Virus record (IMG/VR): IMGVR_UViG_3300046030_000041
Direction: 5' to 3' (one strand)
DNA: 64,000 nucleotides
Origin: an uncultured virus (IMG/VR IMGVR_UViG_3300046030_000041)
Taxonomy: Duplodnaviria > Heunggongvirae > Uroviricota > Caudoviricetes
Of the stretch, positions 48,882 to 59,434 are shown piece by piece. The position numbers were made by a program, and so were the translations under genes. Numbering within the stretch: position 1 is the first letter of the stretch; each line of letters opens with the position of its first letter. The notes beneath the pieces are model-generated. The model saw only the letters and a program-made list of their open reading frames with translations, did no database searches and was not told the origin of the DNA.

Positions 48882-51105
48882 TATCTACGCTTCCCATTTC
48901 AACGGGAATCCTAAGAACTGCTATTACCCGGAAGAGAAGACGGTTACAAATCTTGAGGAATTTAAGGATGCCACAGCTCATGACCATGTGTGCGCTCTCT
49001 TCAAAGACCATTACCGCAGTATCTCCAATTTTCTGAAGGCAGACTGCCTCGTCATGGACTGCGATAACGACCATTCGGATAACCCAGAAGATTGGGTGAA
49101 TCCATCCATTGTGAAGGCCTCCTTCGCAGGCGTTCCAATGGTGATTGCTTCCAGCCGGCATGATAATAAACCGAAAGGGGTAAAAACGGCGCGCCCCAGA
49201 TTTCATGTGTATTTCCCGATCAAAGAAGTGAAGACGGCAGAAGAATACGCCAGCCTGAAGCGTCAGGTGCTGGAGGTGTTCCCACTCTTTGATGATAAAG
49301 CACTGGATGCAGCTCGCTTCTTCTTCGGCGCTCCGGGAGAAAGCGCAGAATGGGTAGAAGGGGAGGACACCCTGGAATCCTACATTGGGTTTGCCAGAAA
49401 AGAACTTCTTCCCCAGGAAATCACTGAAGGCTCAAGAAATAGTACCTTGTCCCACTTTGCTGGTAAAGTCATCAAACGTTTTGGTGACACTGCAGAAGCA
49501 AGGCAGATGTTTTTGAAGGAGGCGGACAAGTGTAACCCGCCGCTTTCCCAGGAAGAACTTCAGTCTATTTGGCATAGTGCTAAAAAGTTCGGAAAGCGTG
49601 TAGCCTCTCAGCCAGGGTACTTGCCGCCGGAAAAGTACAATGCTCCCTGCAAGTACAAACCTGGTGATTACTCTGATACCGGCCAGGCCGTTGTCCTTTC
49701 CAAACTGTATGGAGACGTACTTTGCTATACAACGGCCACGGACTTCCTTCGCTACCATGATGGCTTCTGGGATGAGTCGAAAGAACGGGCGATGGAAACG
49801 GTGCAGGAGCTCACGGATAATCAGATGGAGGAAGCAGAGAAGATGGAAGAAGCAGCCCTGGAAATTTTAAAGACCTCCGGTGCTCAGGCTATTCTCCTGG
49901 GGAAAGGGACAACCAAGGCAAAGAGAGAATTCTCCGCTGTTCAGATGAATGCTTTCTATGGGCTGGGTGAAGTGAAGAGTTATAAGCAGTTTGCTATCCA
50001 GCGGCGGGATACCCGGTATTTAAAGTCAGCTCTGGAAGCAGTCAAGCCTATGGTGGATATTCCCGTGTCAAAGCTGGATTCGGATTGCATGCTGTTGAAT
50101 ACTCCGGCCGGCACCTATGATCTTCGGAAAGGAATTATGGGGAAGAATACCCATGACCCGAAGGACTATATCACGAAGATTACGAGAGTTTCTCCTGCAG
50201 ATGCTGGCATGCACCTTTGGAAGGAAGCTTTGGAGGTGTTCTTCTGTGGAAACGAAGGGCTGATTGACTACGTACAGCGTGTCGCCGGATTGGTCGCCAT
50301 TGGCCGGGTGTATGTGGAAGCCATGATTATTGCTTATGGGGAAGGTAGGAACGGGAAGTCCACCTTCTGGAATACCCTGGCTCGTGTCCTTGGAACCTAC
50401 AGCGGGAAGATTTCTGCAGATACTTTAACCGTAGGCTGCAAACGCAACGTGAAGCCTGAAATGGCAGAGGTGCAGGGGAAACGGCTCCTCATTGCTGCCG
50501 AACTGGAAGAAGGCATGCACCTCAACACGGCCATCATTAAGCAGCTTTGCTCGACAGACGAGATCTATGCGGAAAAGAAGTATAAATCCCCGTTTTCCTT
50601 CGTGCCCAGCCATACCTTGGTGCTTTATACCAACCACCTGCCTAAAGTAGGAGCAAACGACCCGGGAACCTGGAGGCGTCTCATCCTTATCCCTTTTAAT
50701 GCTGTCATTGAAGGGAAGAAGGACATCAAGAATTATTCGGACTACCTCTATCGGAATGCCGGCGGAGCCATCCTTACTTGGATGATTGAAGGTGCAAGGA
50801 AAATCATCAAAGAGAGCTTTGAACTCACGCCGCCTCTTTGCGTCAGAAATGCTATCAATGATTATCGTGAGGCTAACGATTGGCTGGGTAATTTCATTGA
50901 GGCTAACTGCGAAGTGGGTTCATCCTTTGAAGAGAAGTCTGGTGTTTTGTACCAGGTATATCGGAGCTACTGCCTTCAGACAGGTGAAAAAATACGCAGT
51001 ACAACGGATTTTTATGCAGCACTGGATTTAGCCGGGTTTGCGAGAAGAAAAACGAACAAAGGGAGTCTCATCAATGGACTTAGGTTAACTGTGAACGATT
51101 TCTAA
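48871..51105 (+). CDS. P4-family primase/helicase
   Basis: DCDNDH, RPRFH, GRNGKST, YTNHLP. Confidence 0.93.
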   Translation: MKFNIYASHFNGNPKNCYYPEEKTVTNLEEFKDATAHDHVCALFKDHYRSISNFLKADCLVMDCDNDHSDNPEDWVNPSIVKASFAGVPMVIASSRHDNKPKGVKTARPRFHVYFPIKEVKTAEEYASLKRQVLEVFPLFDDKALDAARFFFGAPGESAEWVEGEDTLESYIGFARKELLPQEITEGSRNSTLSHFAGKVIKRFGDTAEARQMFLKEADKCNPPLSQEELQSIWHSAKKFGKRVASQPGYLPPEKYNAPCKYKPGDYSDTGQAVVLSKLYGDVLCYTTATDFLRYHDGFWDESKERAMETVQELTDNQMEEAEKMEEAALEILKTSGAQAILLGKGTTKAKREFSAVQMNAFYGLGEVKSYKQFAIQRRDTRYLKSALEAVKPMVDIPVSKLDSDCMLLNTPAGTYDLRKGIMGKNTHDPKDYITKITRVSPADAGMHLWKEALEVFFCGNEGLIDYVQRVAGLVAIGRVYVEAMIIAYGEGRNGKSTFWNTLARVLGTYSGKISADTLTVGCKRNVKPEMAEVQGKRLLIAAELEEGMHLNTAIIKQLCSTDEIYAEKKYKSPFSFVPSHTLVLYTNHLPKVGANDPGTWRRLILIPFNAVIEGKKDIKNYSDYLYRNAGGAILTWMIEGARKIIKESFELTPPLCVRNAINDYREANDWLGNFIEANCEVGSSFEEKSGVLYQVYRSYCLQTGEKIRSTTDFYAALDLAGFARRKTNKGSLINGLRLTVNDF

Positions 51106-51260
51106 GTTAATAATTCAGTATTTATCGGTGCGATGATGGTCGTGATACTCTTTATACTAAACTTCGCTATAGGAGAAAAAACACATAAAAAAAGCCTATA
51201 AGAGAAGTTATAGAGAAGAACGTCACGCCCGTCACTATTCGATGAGGAGAAAGAAAAAAT

Positions 51261-51560
51261 ATGCAAGAACAAAGTGTTGAGAAGGCTCTGGTTCAAAAGG
51301 TCAAAAAACGGCAAGGCCTGGCCTTGAAATTTGTCTCTCCTGGCATGGCTGGGGTACCGGATAGAATTGTCCTGATGCCAGAAGGGAAGATGGCTTTTGT
51401 AGAACTCAAGGCTCCGGGTAAAAAGCCAAGGCCTCTGCAAGTCTGCCGGATGCAAAAGCTCCAGCGTCTCGGCTTTCGCTGCTACGTTGTTGATTCTACG
51501 TCCATGATTGATGAGGTCCTGGATGAGATTGGAGGAAATCATGAAGTTTATCCCTCATGA
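51261..51560 (+). CDS. VRR-NUC nuclease
   Basis: GVPDRIVL..FVELKAPG. Confidence 0.9.
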   Translation: MQEQSVEKALVQKVKKRQGLALKFVSPGMAGVPDRIVLMPEGKMAFVELKAPGKKPRPLQVCRMQKLQRLGFRCYVVDSTSMIDEVLDEIGGNHEVYPS

Positions 51561-52893
51561 ATATCAAGCCTATGCCATATCTCACATTGAGAGCCATAAG
51601 GAAGCGGCGCTCTTTCTCGATATGGGCCTTGGCAAAACGGTGATTACCTTAACGGCTATCAACGAACTGGCCTTTGATTTCTTTGAAGTCAGCAAGGTGC
51701 TAGTGATTGCACCCCTCCGCGTTGCCAGAGATACGTGGCCTGCAGAAATCCAGAAGTGGGACCACTTGAAGCTCCTCTCCTATTCCGTAGCTGTTGGAAG
51801 CGTGGAAGAAAGAAAGAAAGCTCTGTGGAAGAAGGCCCTGGTTTATATTATCAACCGGGAAAATGTGGACTGGCTGGTCAATCAAAGCGGACTTCCTTTC
51901 GACTACGACATGGTTGTGATTGATGAGCTTTCCTCCTTCAAGTCCGGAAAGGCTAGAAGGTTTAGAAGCCTCCTCAAGGTTAGACCGAAGGCCAAAAGAA
52001 TCGTGGGGCTCACGGGTACTCCTTCTGGAAATGGACTGATGGACCTTTGGGCGGAGTTCAGGCTCCTGGATATGGGAAAACGGCTGGGCCGGTTTATTAC
52101 CCGCTACCGGGAAGCCTTCTTTCTTCCTGACAAGAGAAACCAGCAGATCATCTTCAGCTACAAGCCAAAGCCGGAAGCAGCTAAGAGAATTTATGGGCTT
52201 ATCAACGACATGACCATATCCATGAAGTCCGTGGATTTTCTGGATATGCCGCCTCTTGTAACCAACGTAATCCCTGTGGAACTTTCAGAGAAGGAACGCA
52301 GGCAATACAAGCTATTGAAGGCAGACATGGTCCTTTCTCTGGGAGACCAGGAGATTGATGCCAAGAACGCAGCGGCTCTCTCGGGCAAGCTCCTCCAGAT
52401 GGCAAACGGTGCGGTGTACGACGAGGAAGGTGAAGTGATTTCCATTCACGACAGGAAACTGGATGCCTTGGAGGATGTTATTGAAGGTGCCAATGGTAAA
52501 CCGGTCCTTGTGGCTTACTGGTTTAGGCATGACCTGGAGCGGATGAAAAAACGGTTCATTGGCCTTCGGGAGATTCGTTCAAGTAAGGACATCACAGACT
52601 GGAACGAAGGAAAGATAGCAGTGGCTGCCATTCATCCAGCTTCAGCTGGCCATGGCCTTAACCTACAGCAGGGCGGTTCCATGTTGGTCTGGTTTGGCCT
52701 TACCTGGTCACTGGAACTTTACCAGCAGACAAACGCCCGCCTTTGGAGGCAGGGACAAAAAAACATGGTTATCATCCACCACATTGTGACGAAAGGGACC
52801 ATTGACGAACAAGTCATGCGGGCCCTTAAAAGAAAAGACAGAACGCAGGAAGCGTTGATTGATGCAGTGAAAGCAAACCTGAAAGGAGAATAA
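51541..52893 (+). CDS. SNF2-family phage helicase
   Basis: LDMGLGKT, DELS, GLTGTP, SAGHGLNLQ. Confidence 0.93.
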   Translation: MKFIPHEYQAYAISHIESHKEAALFLDMGLGKTVITLTAINELAFDFFEVSKVLVIAPLRVARDTWPAEIQKWDHLKLLSYSVAVGSVEERKKALWKKALVYIINRENVDWLVNQSGLPFDYDMVVIDELSSFKSGKARRFRSLLKVRPKAKRIVGLTGTPSGNGLMDLWAEFRLLDMGKRLGRFITRYREAFFLPDKRNQQIIFSYKPKPEAAKRIYGLINDMTISMKSVDFLDMPPLVTNVIPVELSEKERRQYKLLKADMVLSLGDQEIDAKNAAALSGKLLQMANGAVYDEEGEVISIHDRKLDALEDVIEGANGKPVLVAYWFRHDLERMKKRFIGLREIRSSKDITDWNEGKIAVAAIHPASAGHGLNLQQGGSMLVWFGLTWSLELYQQTNARLWRQGQKNMVIIHHIVTKGTIDEQVMRALKRKDRTQEALIDAVKANLKGE

Positions 52894-52894
52894 C

Positions 52895-53350
52895 ATGAAC
52901 GTACTGGTGAAATACTTTAACAAAAGAAATGGAACCATCGAGGCCATGAACGATTATGGCCCCATGCAGACCATTCTGAATAATACCGATAGGCTGATTA
53001 AAGAAGCCTATGAAAACCTGGAAGGCGTGGGTTCTCCTAAAGTAACTGGCCTTCCTGGAGCTCACAACCCTAAAGCAGGGGAAGCAAGGCTGGTTTCAGG
53101 TCTGGATGATATTACTATTCTCCGTGACAGGTACGCACAGGCCAAAGCCTACATGGAATGGTTCCAGCCGGCCTGGAACTCACTGAACGAGGACGAACAG
53201 TATGTTCTGAGAACCTTTTACTTAGATTCGGTGAGTAAGTGTGACGCAGTGGAAGAAATTTGTGACCACTTCCATGTGGAAAGGACGACGGCGTACAACA
53301 AGAAGAACAAAGCATTGACTCGACTGTCGATACTTCTTTTTGGAAAATAG
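52895..53350 (+). CDS. Putative late-gene activator (DUF1492/RinA/ArpU-like)
   Basis: Homolog of 10117. Confidence 0.65.
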   Translation: MNVLVKYFNKRNGTIEAMNDYGPMQTILNNTDRLIKEAYENLEGVGSPKVTGLPGAHNPKAGEARLVSGLDDITILRDRYAQAKAYMEWFQPAWNSLNEDEQYVLRTFYLDSVSKCDAVEEICDHFHVERTTAYNKKNKALTRLSILLFGK

Positions 53351-53351
53351 C

Positions 53352-53380
53352 TTGACGTGACATTTTTATGCCAGTATAAT
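53352..53380 (+). promoter_or_regulatory. Sigma-A promoter of the moron gene
   Basis: TTGACG-17 bp-TATAAT. Confidence 0.75.
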
Positions 53381-53455
53381 GAGATTAATTTCAACACAGC
53401 AAAAGCGCTATCCAAGATGGATGGCGCTTTTTGTTTTAGGAAGGAGATGCATTCT

Positions 53456-54439
53456 ATGAGAAAGAGTTTAAAAACAATCTGTGGGTTAGCGGTTCTTTCC
53501 ATGTGTTTCAGCTTTGGCGCAGCTACAACCAGTGAAGCCATGGTTGGGGGTAAACCGGTTATTGGAATTACTTGGAAGAGTAATCAGCAGGACTACACGG
53601 CGTTCAAGAAAATCATTGAACTGGCAGGTGGTATCCCGGTTGAATTAGGTCAGGCTAAGAATCATAAAATCACTTACAACACAGACGGGACGATTTCTAA
53701 AGATATGCTATATCCGTCTGGTATGCTGAAGGAAAAGTATGCAAATGCAGTTAAAGATAATCATTACAAGGACACCAACGTAGAAGATGTTATGAAAGAT
53801 ATTGATGGTGTATTCTTCACGGGCGGTGAAGATGTAAGTCCAACACTTTTCAAGAAACCCGACATTGAAAGAAACAAGGGAGAAGAAATTAACGCAACCC
53901 GTGACGTGTCAGATTATACTTTGATGTCCTATTGCATTTCTAAAAATGTTCCTACCCTTGCCGTTTGCCGTGGTGAACAGGTCATGGGAATTGTTTCTGG
54001 GGTAACTTTTATTCAGGACATTCCTACCTACTACTCGGAGCAGGGGAAAACCTACAATGACCTCCACAGGATGCCGCCAGGAACACCGAACAGAACTTAT
54101 GCGCGCCATGATGTCCACATTCTTCCGGTGAAATCCCATTTGAGAGAAATTGTAGGAGCTGACGAGCTGCACAATGTTTCTTCCTGGCACCACCAAGCCA
54201 TTGGAAGTTTGAAGGGAACGCCACTGATTCAGACAGCGGAGACCACGTACAATGGCGTCTCCATTGTTGAAGGCATCGAAGACCCACGTAAGACCTTTGT
54301 GGTTGGTCTGCAGTTCCATCCGGAGAATGATTTGAAGCAAGTGATTATCAACAAGAAAGACCCGAAAGACTTCTGCGACCAGGAAATTAGTATGAAGTTC
54401 TTTAAGGAACTAGTCAAAGCAGCCAGCCAGAAAAAGTGA
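53456..54439 (+). CDS. Exported peptidase C26 / gamma-glutamyl hydrolase (class I glutamine amidotransferase fold)
   Basis: Signal peptide ending SEA, KPVIGIT, FTGGEDV, AVCRGEQ (Cys), SWHHQA, QFHPE. Confidence 0.88.
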   Translation: MRKSLKTICGLAVLSMCFSFGAATTSEAMVGGKPVIGITWKSNQQDYTAFKKIIELAGGIPVELGQAKNHKITYNTDGTISKDMLYPSGMLKEKYANAVKDNHYKDTNVEDVMKDIDGVFFTGGEDVSPTLFKKPDIERNKGEEINATRDVSDYTLMSYCISKNVPTLAVCRGEQVMGIVSGVTFIQDIPTYYSEQGKTYNDLHRMPPGTPNRTYARHDVHILPVKSHLREIVGADELHNVSSWHHQAIGSLKGTPLIQTAETTYNGVSIVEGIEDPRKTFVVGLQFHPENDLKQVIINKKDPKDFCDQEISMKFFKELVKAASQKK

Positions 54440-54604
54440 GGTAAAATCGCGGACGAAATTCACGGTTCGATGTGTTATCATAGTACCGTAAGCTCCTGGG
54501 GTAAAAAGCACGGGAGCGAAAAGAGGTAAAATCGCGGACGAAATTCACGGTTCAATGTGTTATGATAGTACTGTAAGCTCTTGGGAGAAATCTCAGGAGC
54601 TTTT
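54438..54604 (+). repeat. Tandem duplication (85-bp period) of the putative late promoter
   Basis: GAGGTAAAATCGCGGACGAAATTCACGGTTC at 54438 and 54523. Confidence 0.9.
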
Positions 54605-54623
54605 GTATTGGAGATGAAAAGAG

Positions 54624-55004
54624 ATGCCAAGGAAACCAAAGAAGCCCTGCGCCTACCCCGGCTGCCCGAAGCTCACGGACAAACGTTACTGTGAAGAGCA
54701 TGAGAAACTTATGAACCGTCAGTACGAAAAGTATGGAAGGTCTAAGGAAGAGAAGAAGCGGTACGGCTACCGCTGGCAGAAGATTCGTAATGCCTACATT
54801 CACTCGCACCCGCTTTGTGAGCAGTGCCTAAAGGAAGGACGCATGACGCCGGCGGAAGAAGTACACCACATACTTCCATTAAGCTACGGCGGAACACATG
54901 ACTTCAGTAACTTGATGTCTCTTTGTAAGTCTTGTCACTCAAGAATCACTGCTGAGATGGGTGACAGGTGGCATCGAAAGCGACCACCTTCGCGAGAGCA
55001 ATGA
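54624..55004 (+). CDS. Terminase-associated HNH endonuclease
   Basis: PCAYPGC, HPLCEQC, VHHILPL..GGTH..NLMSLCKSCH. Confidence 0.9.
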   Translation: MPRKPKKPCAYPGCPKLTDKRYCEEHEKLMNRQYEKYGRSKEEKKRYGYRWQKIRNAYIHSHPLCEQCLKEGRMTPAEEVHHILPLSYGGTHDFSNLMSLCKSCHSRITAEMGDRWHRKRPPSREQ

Positions 55005-55159
55005 AGTAAAAAGTTTTATGCTTTAACTGTCACGACCCACAAAGGGTAGGGGGGCCTAAAATCTCAAAACGCCGACGGCGTCGGAACGGGCGTGGGCTCT
55101 CACGCATAAAAACGCGATTTCAAACGGGGGAATAGCCCCAGGAGGTGAGAAGGAGAGAC

Positions 55160-55714
55160 ATGGCGAAGGATGGAACCAATAGAGGCGGCGCAAGACCAAG
55201 TGCTGGAAGGCCTCAGAAGCCCCTTGCTGACAAGATAAATGAAGGAAATCCGGGTAAGCGTCCGCTGCAAGTGATTGAGTTTAAAAACATGGAAGATTTG
55301 AAAGGGGAAGAGATGCCAAAGCCGTCCAGAATGCTTTCTGCAAAGCAGAAAAATGGCAAAAAACTGTTGGCGGCAAGCATTTATAAAAAGACTTGGGCGT
55401 GGCTCGACAAAAGGAGCTGCGCCGTTTTTGTCTCTCCGGATCTTCTGGAACGCTATGCTATGTCGGCAGCTCGCTGGATTCAGTGCGAGGAAGCGGTCAC
55501 AGAGTGGGGCTTTCTGGCTAAACATCCAACCACAGGAAATGCGATTCAGAGTCCTTATGTTGCCATGTCCCAAAGCTATATGGCCCAGACGAATCACCTG
55601 TGGGATGAAATTTATCAGATTGTGAAAGACAACTGCTCCAGCGAGTATAAAGGAGATAGTCCCCAGGATGACATTATGGAGCGGCTCCTTCGTTCGCATG
55701 ATGGGAAAAACTAA
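55160..55714 (+). CDS. Terminase small subunit (P27-like)
   Basis: MAKDGTNRGG, KHPTTG. Confidence 0.85.
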   Translation: MAKDGTNRGGARPSAGRPQKPLADKINEGNPGKRPLQVIEFKNMEDLKGEEMPKPSRMLSAKQKNGKKLLAASIYKKTWAWLDKRSCAVFVSPDLLERYAMSAARWIQCEEAVTEWGFLAKHPTTGNAIQSPYVAMSQSYMAQTNHLWDEIYQIVKDNCSSEYKGDSPQDDIMERLLRSHDGKN

Positions 55715-55791
55715 ATAAGGCATTACAGAGTTTATGGCACTTCACAGGAATTTCCTGGAGGTGCTTTTTTATTTTCTAAAAGGAGAACGGT

Positions 55792-57039
55792 ATGCAGATA
55801 GAAAAGAAGAAAGTCATAGACCTCGTTCCTGCTGACTATAATCCCCGTAAGGATTTGAAGCCGGGGGATAAGGAATATGAAAAACTGAAAAGGAGCATTG
55901 ATGAGTTTGGGTATGTGGACCCGCTCATCTGGAATAAAAGAACTTCCCGTCTGGTCGGTGGCCACCAGCGGCTCAAAGTGCTCAAAGATATGGGCATTGA
56001 TGAAGTTGACGTTGTTGTTGTGGATATGGATGAGGAGAAAGAAAAAGCCCTCAATGTGGCTCTGAATAAAATCAGCGGCGATTGGGATAAAGATAAATTG
56101 ATGCTTCTTATCACGGACCTCCAGGGCGAGGATTTTGACGTTTCTCTGACCGGCTTTGACCCTGAAGAGCTGGATGACCTTTTTAAAGACGACATGAAGG
56201 ATGGCGTAAAAGACGACAACTTCGATGTAGATAAAGAACTCAAGAAGCCAACCATGACCAAACCCGGAGACCTTTGGCAGCTGGGTGAGCACCGGCTGCT
56301 TTGCGGGGATAGCACCAAAGAAGAATCCTATAACCTTCTGATGGCAGGCAAGCAGGCCAATCTCGTAATCACGGACCCGCCGTACAATGTGAACTACCAG
56401 GGCTCTGCCGGAAAAATCAAAAACGATAATATGAAGGATGATGCTTTCTACCAGTTTCTGCTGGCAGCCTTTACCAACATGGAAAAGAACATGGCCGGTG
56501 ATGCCTCCATTTACGTATTCCACGCAGACACCGAAGGTCTTAACTTTAGAAAGGCTTTTTCTGATGCGGGCTTCTACCTTTCCGGCACCTGCATCTGGGT
56601 GAAACAGTCCCTGGTATTGGGCCGTTCCCCGTATCAGTGGAGGCATGAACCTATCTTGTTTGGCTGGAAGAAGAAAGGGAAACACTGCTGGTATGCCGGC
56701 CGGAAGGAATCCACCATCTGGGAGTTTGATAAGCCCAAGAAGAATAAGGACCACCCGACCATGAAGCCCATCCCGCTTCTGGCATACCCGATTATGAATT
56801 CTTCTATGACCAACTCCATTGTGCTTGATCCCTTCGGAGGGAGTGGTAGTACACTCATTGCCTGCGAGCAGACCAAGCGAATCTGCAGGACCATTGAACT
56901 GGACGAAAAATTCTGTGATGTGATTGTGAAAAGATACATAGAACAGGTCGGCAGCACCAAGGACGTCAAGGTGGTGCGAGACGGCCTGACGTATGATTAT
57001 GATGAGGTGAAAATTGATGAGCCGGATAGCGATCATTGA
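55792..57039 (+). CDS. ParB-like plus N4/N6 DNA methyltransferase
   Basis: TDPPY, HPTMKP, LDPFGGSGST. Confidence 0.93.
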   Translation: MQIEKKKVIDLVPADYNPRKDLKPGDKEYEKLKRSIDEFGYVDPLIWNKRTSRLVGGHQRLKVLKDMGIDEVDVVVVDMDEEKEKALNVALNKISGDWDKDKLMLLITDLQGEDFDVSLTGFDPEELDDLFKDDMKDGVKDDNFDVDKELKKPTMTKPGDLWQLGEHRLLCGDSTKEESYNLLMAGKQANLVITDPPYNVNYQGSAGKIKNDNMKDDAFYQFLLAAFTNMEKNMAGDASIYVFHADTEGLNFRKAFSDAGFYLSGTCIWVKQSLVLGRSPYQWRHEPILFGWKKKGKHCWYAGRKESTIWEFDKPKKNKDHPTMKPIPLLAYPIMNSSMTNSIVLDPFGGSGSTLIACEQTKRICRTIELDEKFCDVIVKRYIEQVGSTKDVKVVRDGLTYDYDEVKIDEPDSDH

Positions 57040-58099
57040 TGCGGACCTGGTGGGAAGAAAGAGACACCGGTTTCCTAATCTGGTGTGCATGAAACTTTCT
57101 GCCCATGAAAAAGAGCAAGGAAACGATGTGGGACTGAAGATGAACTATGAAGACCTTAACCAGTACGATAAAGTGTACTTGGCTAAGGTCTTTTTAGATA
57201 CACCAGTTCCGCCGGAAATACTGGAAATGAAAAATGTAACCTATGGAGGAACCGGTTTTTTCTACGACAAGGCTCCAAAGTTACCGCCTGCTGTTGAACA
57301 TCATATGCCTGACTACCATTTGTATGACGGATTTGTGAACCAGCAGATAGCCGCCGGAAAACGACCGAAGGAATTTGACGAATACCTCAATAGCTCCATT
57401 GGTTACCTTACCCGTGGTTGCTTTAGGCATTGCCCCTTTTGCGTCAATAAGAACTATAACCGTGTGGAGGCTCATAGTCCGCTTTCTGAGTTCTTAGACG
57501 GCCGCCGGAAAGTGATTAGTCTTTTGGACGATAACTTCTTCGGCTATGCGGGGTGGAAAGATTTACTGCTTGAACTCCGCGCTACTGGAAAGCCATTCAA
57601 GTTTAAGCAGGGATTGGATGAGAAACTTCTGACGCCGGAAATGTGTGAGCTCCTTTTTACCAGCAAATATGCCGGTGACTTTACCTTTGCCTTCGATAAC
57701 CTTAAAGACGCTCGGCTCATCGAGCGGAAAATCGTCATGGCCAGGCAGTACACAGAAAAAGCGCTGAAGTTTTATTGTTTCTGTGGATATGACCGGGAAG
57801 GGAAATGGGATGAGGCCTTCTGGACCAGGGATATCTTTGAACTGCTTTACCGCATTGAAATTTTGGTAAAATACCACTGTATTCCTTACGTGATGCGGTT
57901 TTATCGCTACACGGAAAGTCCCTGGAGAGGTGTGTACATCTCCATTGCTCTTTGGTGCAACCAGCCAGGATTCTTTAAGAAAATGAGCCTTAGGCAGTTT
58001 GCAGAGCTCAATGGGGAAAAGAGTGCTTGCTATCGTTACCTTGCCGAATTTGAAAAGGCAAACCCGGCAGCAGGCTATTTCTTTGACCTGAAATTCTAA
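57017..58099 (+). CDS. Radical SAM protein
   Basis: TRGCFRHCPFC (CxxxCxxC), LLDDNF. Confidence 0.85.
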   Translation: MSRIAIIDADLVGRKRHRFPNLVCMKLSAHEKEQGNDVGLKMNYEDLNQYDKVYLAKVFLDTPVPPEILEMKNVTYGGTGFFYDKAPKLPPAVEHHMPDYHLYDGFVNQQIAAGKRPKEFDEYLNSSIGYLTRGCFRHCPFCVNKNYNRVEAHSPLSEFLDGRRKVISLLDDNFFGYAGWKDLLLELRATGKPFKFKQGLDEKLLTPEMCELLFTSKYAGDFTFAFDNLKDARLIERKIVMARQYTEKALKFYCFCGYDREGKWDEAFWTRDIFELLYRIEILVKYHCIPYVMRFYRYTESPWRGVYISIALWCNQPGFFKKMSLRQFAELNGEKSACYRYLAEFEKANPAAGYFFDLKF

Positions 58100-58191
58100 A
58101 AAATTCCTCTGGGATATTGTACATTTCTCCTTGCTATTTACACCCGGTAGAGTGATATATAGGGTAACAAAAAACAAGGAGGTAAAACACC

Positions 58192-58902
58192 ATGACAACC
58201 AACGAATTCAAAGTCAACTACAACGTAACCGGTGAGAAGAGAAAGGACCTGGTCAAGGCCATTAGCGAAATTACCGGGGCCAAAGCAGAGTACCTGAAGG
58301 CTCCAACCTTCGCCTACTTGATTGACTACATGAAGGTTAGCAAGGACGGGGTCCTTTCCTTTGACGACCGGGCTGATACAGAGGAAGTGGAGCACCTCCT
58401 GGAGGAGCTGGAAAGGAGAGGCTTCCTCGCAGCGCCGCCGGAAAAACCGGATGACCCTGAGCCCAAGGCTGAGGAAGCTGAGAAAGAGAAACCGCTGGTG
58501 GGGGTTGCCGTAAGCTATCCCAGAAGCAAGATTGACGACAAGACGCTGGATAACTTTATCAAGCTGGCCGCTGCAAAGGAGAAATTAATTAAGAAGGCCT
58601 TCGGGGTGGACGAACTCCCCATCCAGGTGACGGAGGATAAGGTAATCCTTCCCTGGTTCCAGTTTGACCCGGATAATCCTGACTGCTTGGCCTACGCAGC
58701 TTTCATCGAAAAGATGGTTGACTTGGCCCGCACCTTGAAACGGGTCAATGCCCGCGAGAAGCCGGTAGAAAATGAAAAATACGCCTTCCGGTGCTTCCTC
58801 CTGCGCCTTGGCATGGTAGGAAACGAGTGGAAGGAAACCCGGAAGGTTCTCCTTCAGAACCTCAGTGGGTCTTCCGCTTTTAAAGGAGGTGCTTCCAAAT
58901 GA
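58192..58902 (+). CDS. Conserved phage protein (so-called virulence-related family)
   Basis: NEKYAFRCFLLRLG..LSGSSAFK. Confidence 0.75.
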   Translation: MTTNEFKVNYNVTGEKRKDLVKAISEITGAKAEYLKAPTFAYLIDYMKVSKDGVLSFDDRADTEEVEHLLEELERRGFLAAPPEKPDDPEPKAEEAEKEKPLVGVAVSYPRSKIDDKTLDNFIKLAAAKEKLIKKAFGVDELPIQVTEDKVILPWFQFDPDNPDCLAYAAFIEKMVDLARTLKRVNAREKPVENEKYAFRCFLLRLGMVGNEWKETRKVLLQNLSGSSAFKGGASK

Positions 58903-59297
58903 GACAACCAACTGAAAAGGAGCTGGCAATGCTCCGGAATAGGTATCAGCCAGGGGTCCTGGTGGTTCTGGATTCCATGGAGGATAGGCAAGCCCCTCCT
59001 CCAGGCACCCAGGGCATGGTGATGGGCGTCGATGACATAGGAAGCATTATGGTCCGTTGGGAAACGGGCTCTACGCTTTCCCTGATACCCGGTGTGGACT
59101 CCTTCCATACAGAAGCTGATGGCATGGAGGAGGTACGAAAGGAAATCCTTCTGATCCGGAATACCGGGCGCACGAATATGTTTGACCTTCCGGTAGTAAA
59201 AGCCATTGCCAGGGAGCTCGATTTTACGGATCTCCTGGACTTTCTGAAAAGGAATCGGGAGAAGTACATTCATTTTATCTTCACGGGTAAGCTCTGA
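58899..59297 (+). CDS. DUF4314 plus DUF5049-like fusion
   Basis: APPPGTQG..VDDIG; IRNTGRTNMFD..YIHFIFTG. Confidence 0.7.
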   Translation: MRQPTEKELAMLRNRYQPGVLVVLDSMEDRQAPPPGTQGMVMGVDDIGSIMVRWETGSTLSLIPGVDSFHTEADGMEEVRKEILLIRNTGRTNMFDLPVVKAIARELDFTDLLDFLKRNREKYIHFIFTGKL

Positions 59298-59434
59298 TTC
59301 TGTGCAGCAGGTTAAGCATGCCAAAACACCGATAAAATCTATATTTTCCCTTGCTTTTGCCTCCTTTTAGAGTGATATATATACACAAGAAAAGGGAGCG
59401 CAAAGCCCCAGAGTTACCAAAGGAGGAAACAAGA

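Noticed and set aside
55732..57090. 452-aa - strand ORF (likewise 15561-16631 and 13838-14773 on +)
   Set aside because: Shadows of the methylase, polymerase and primase genes.
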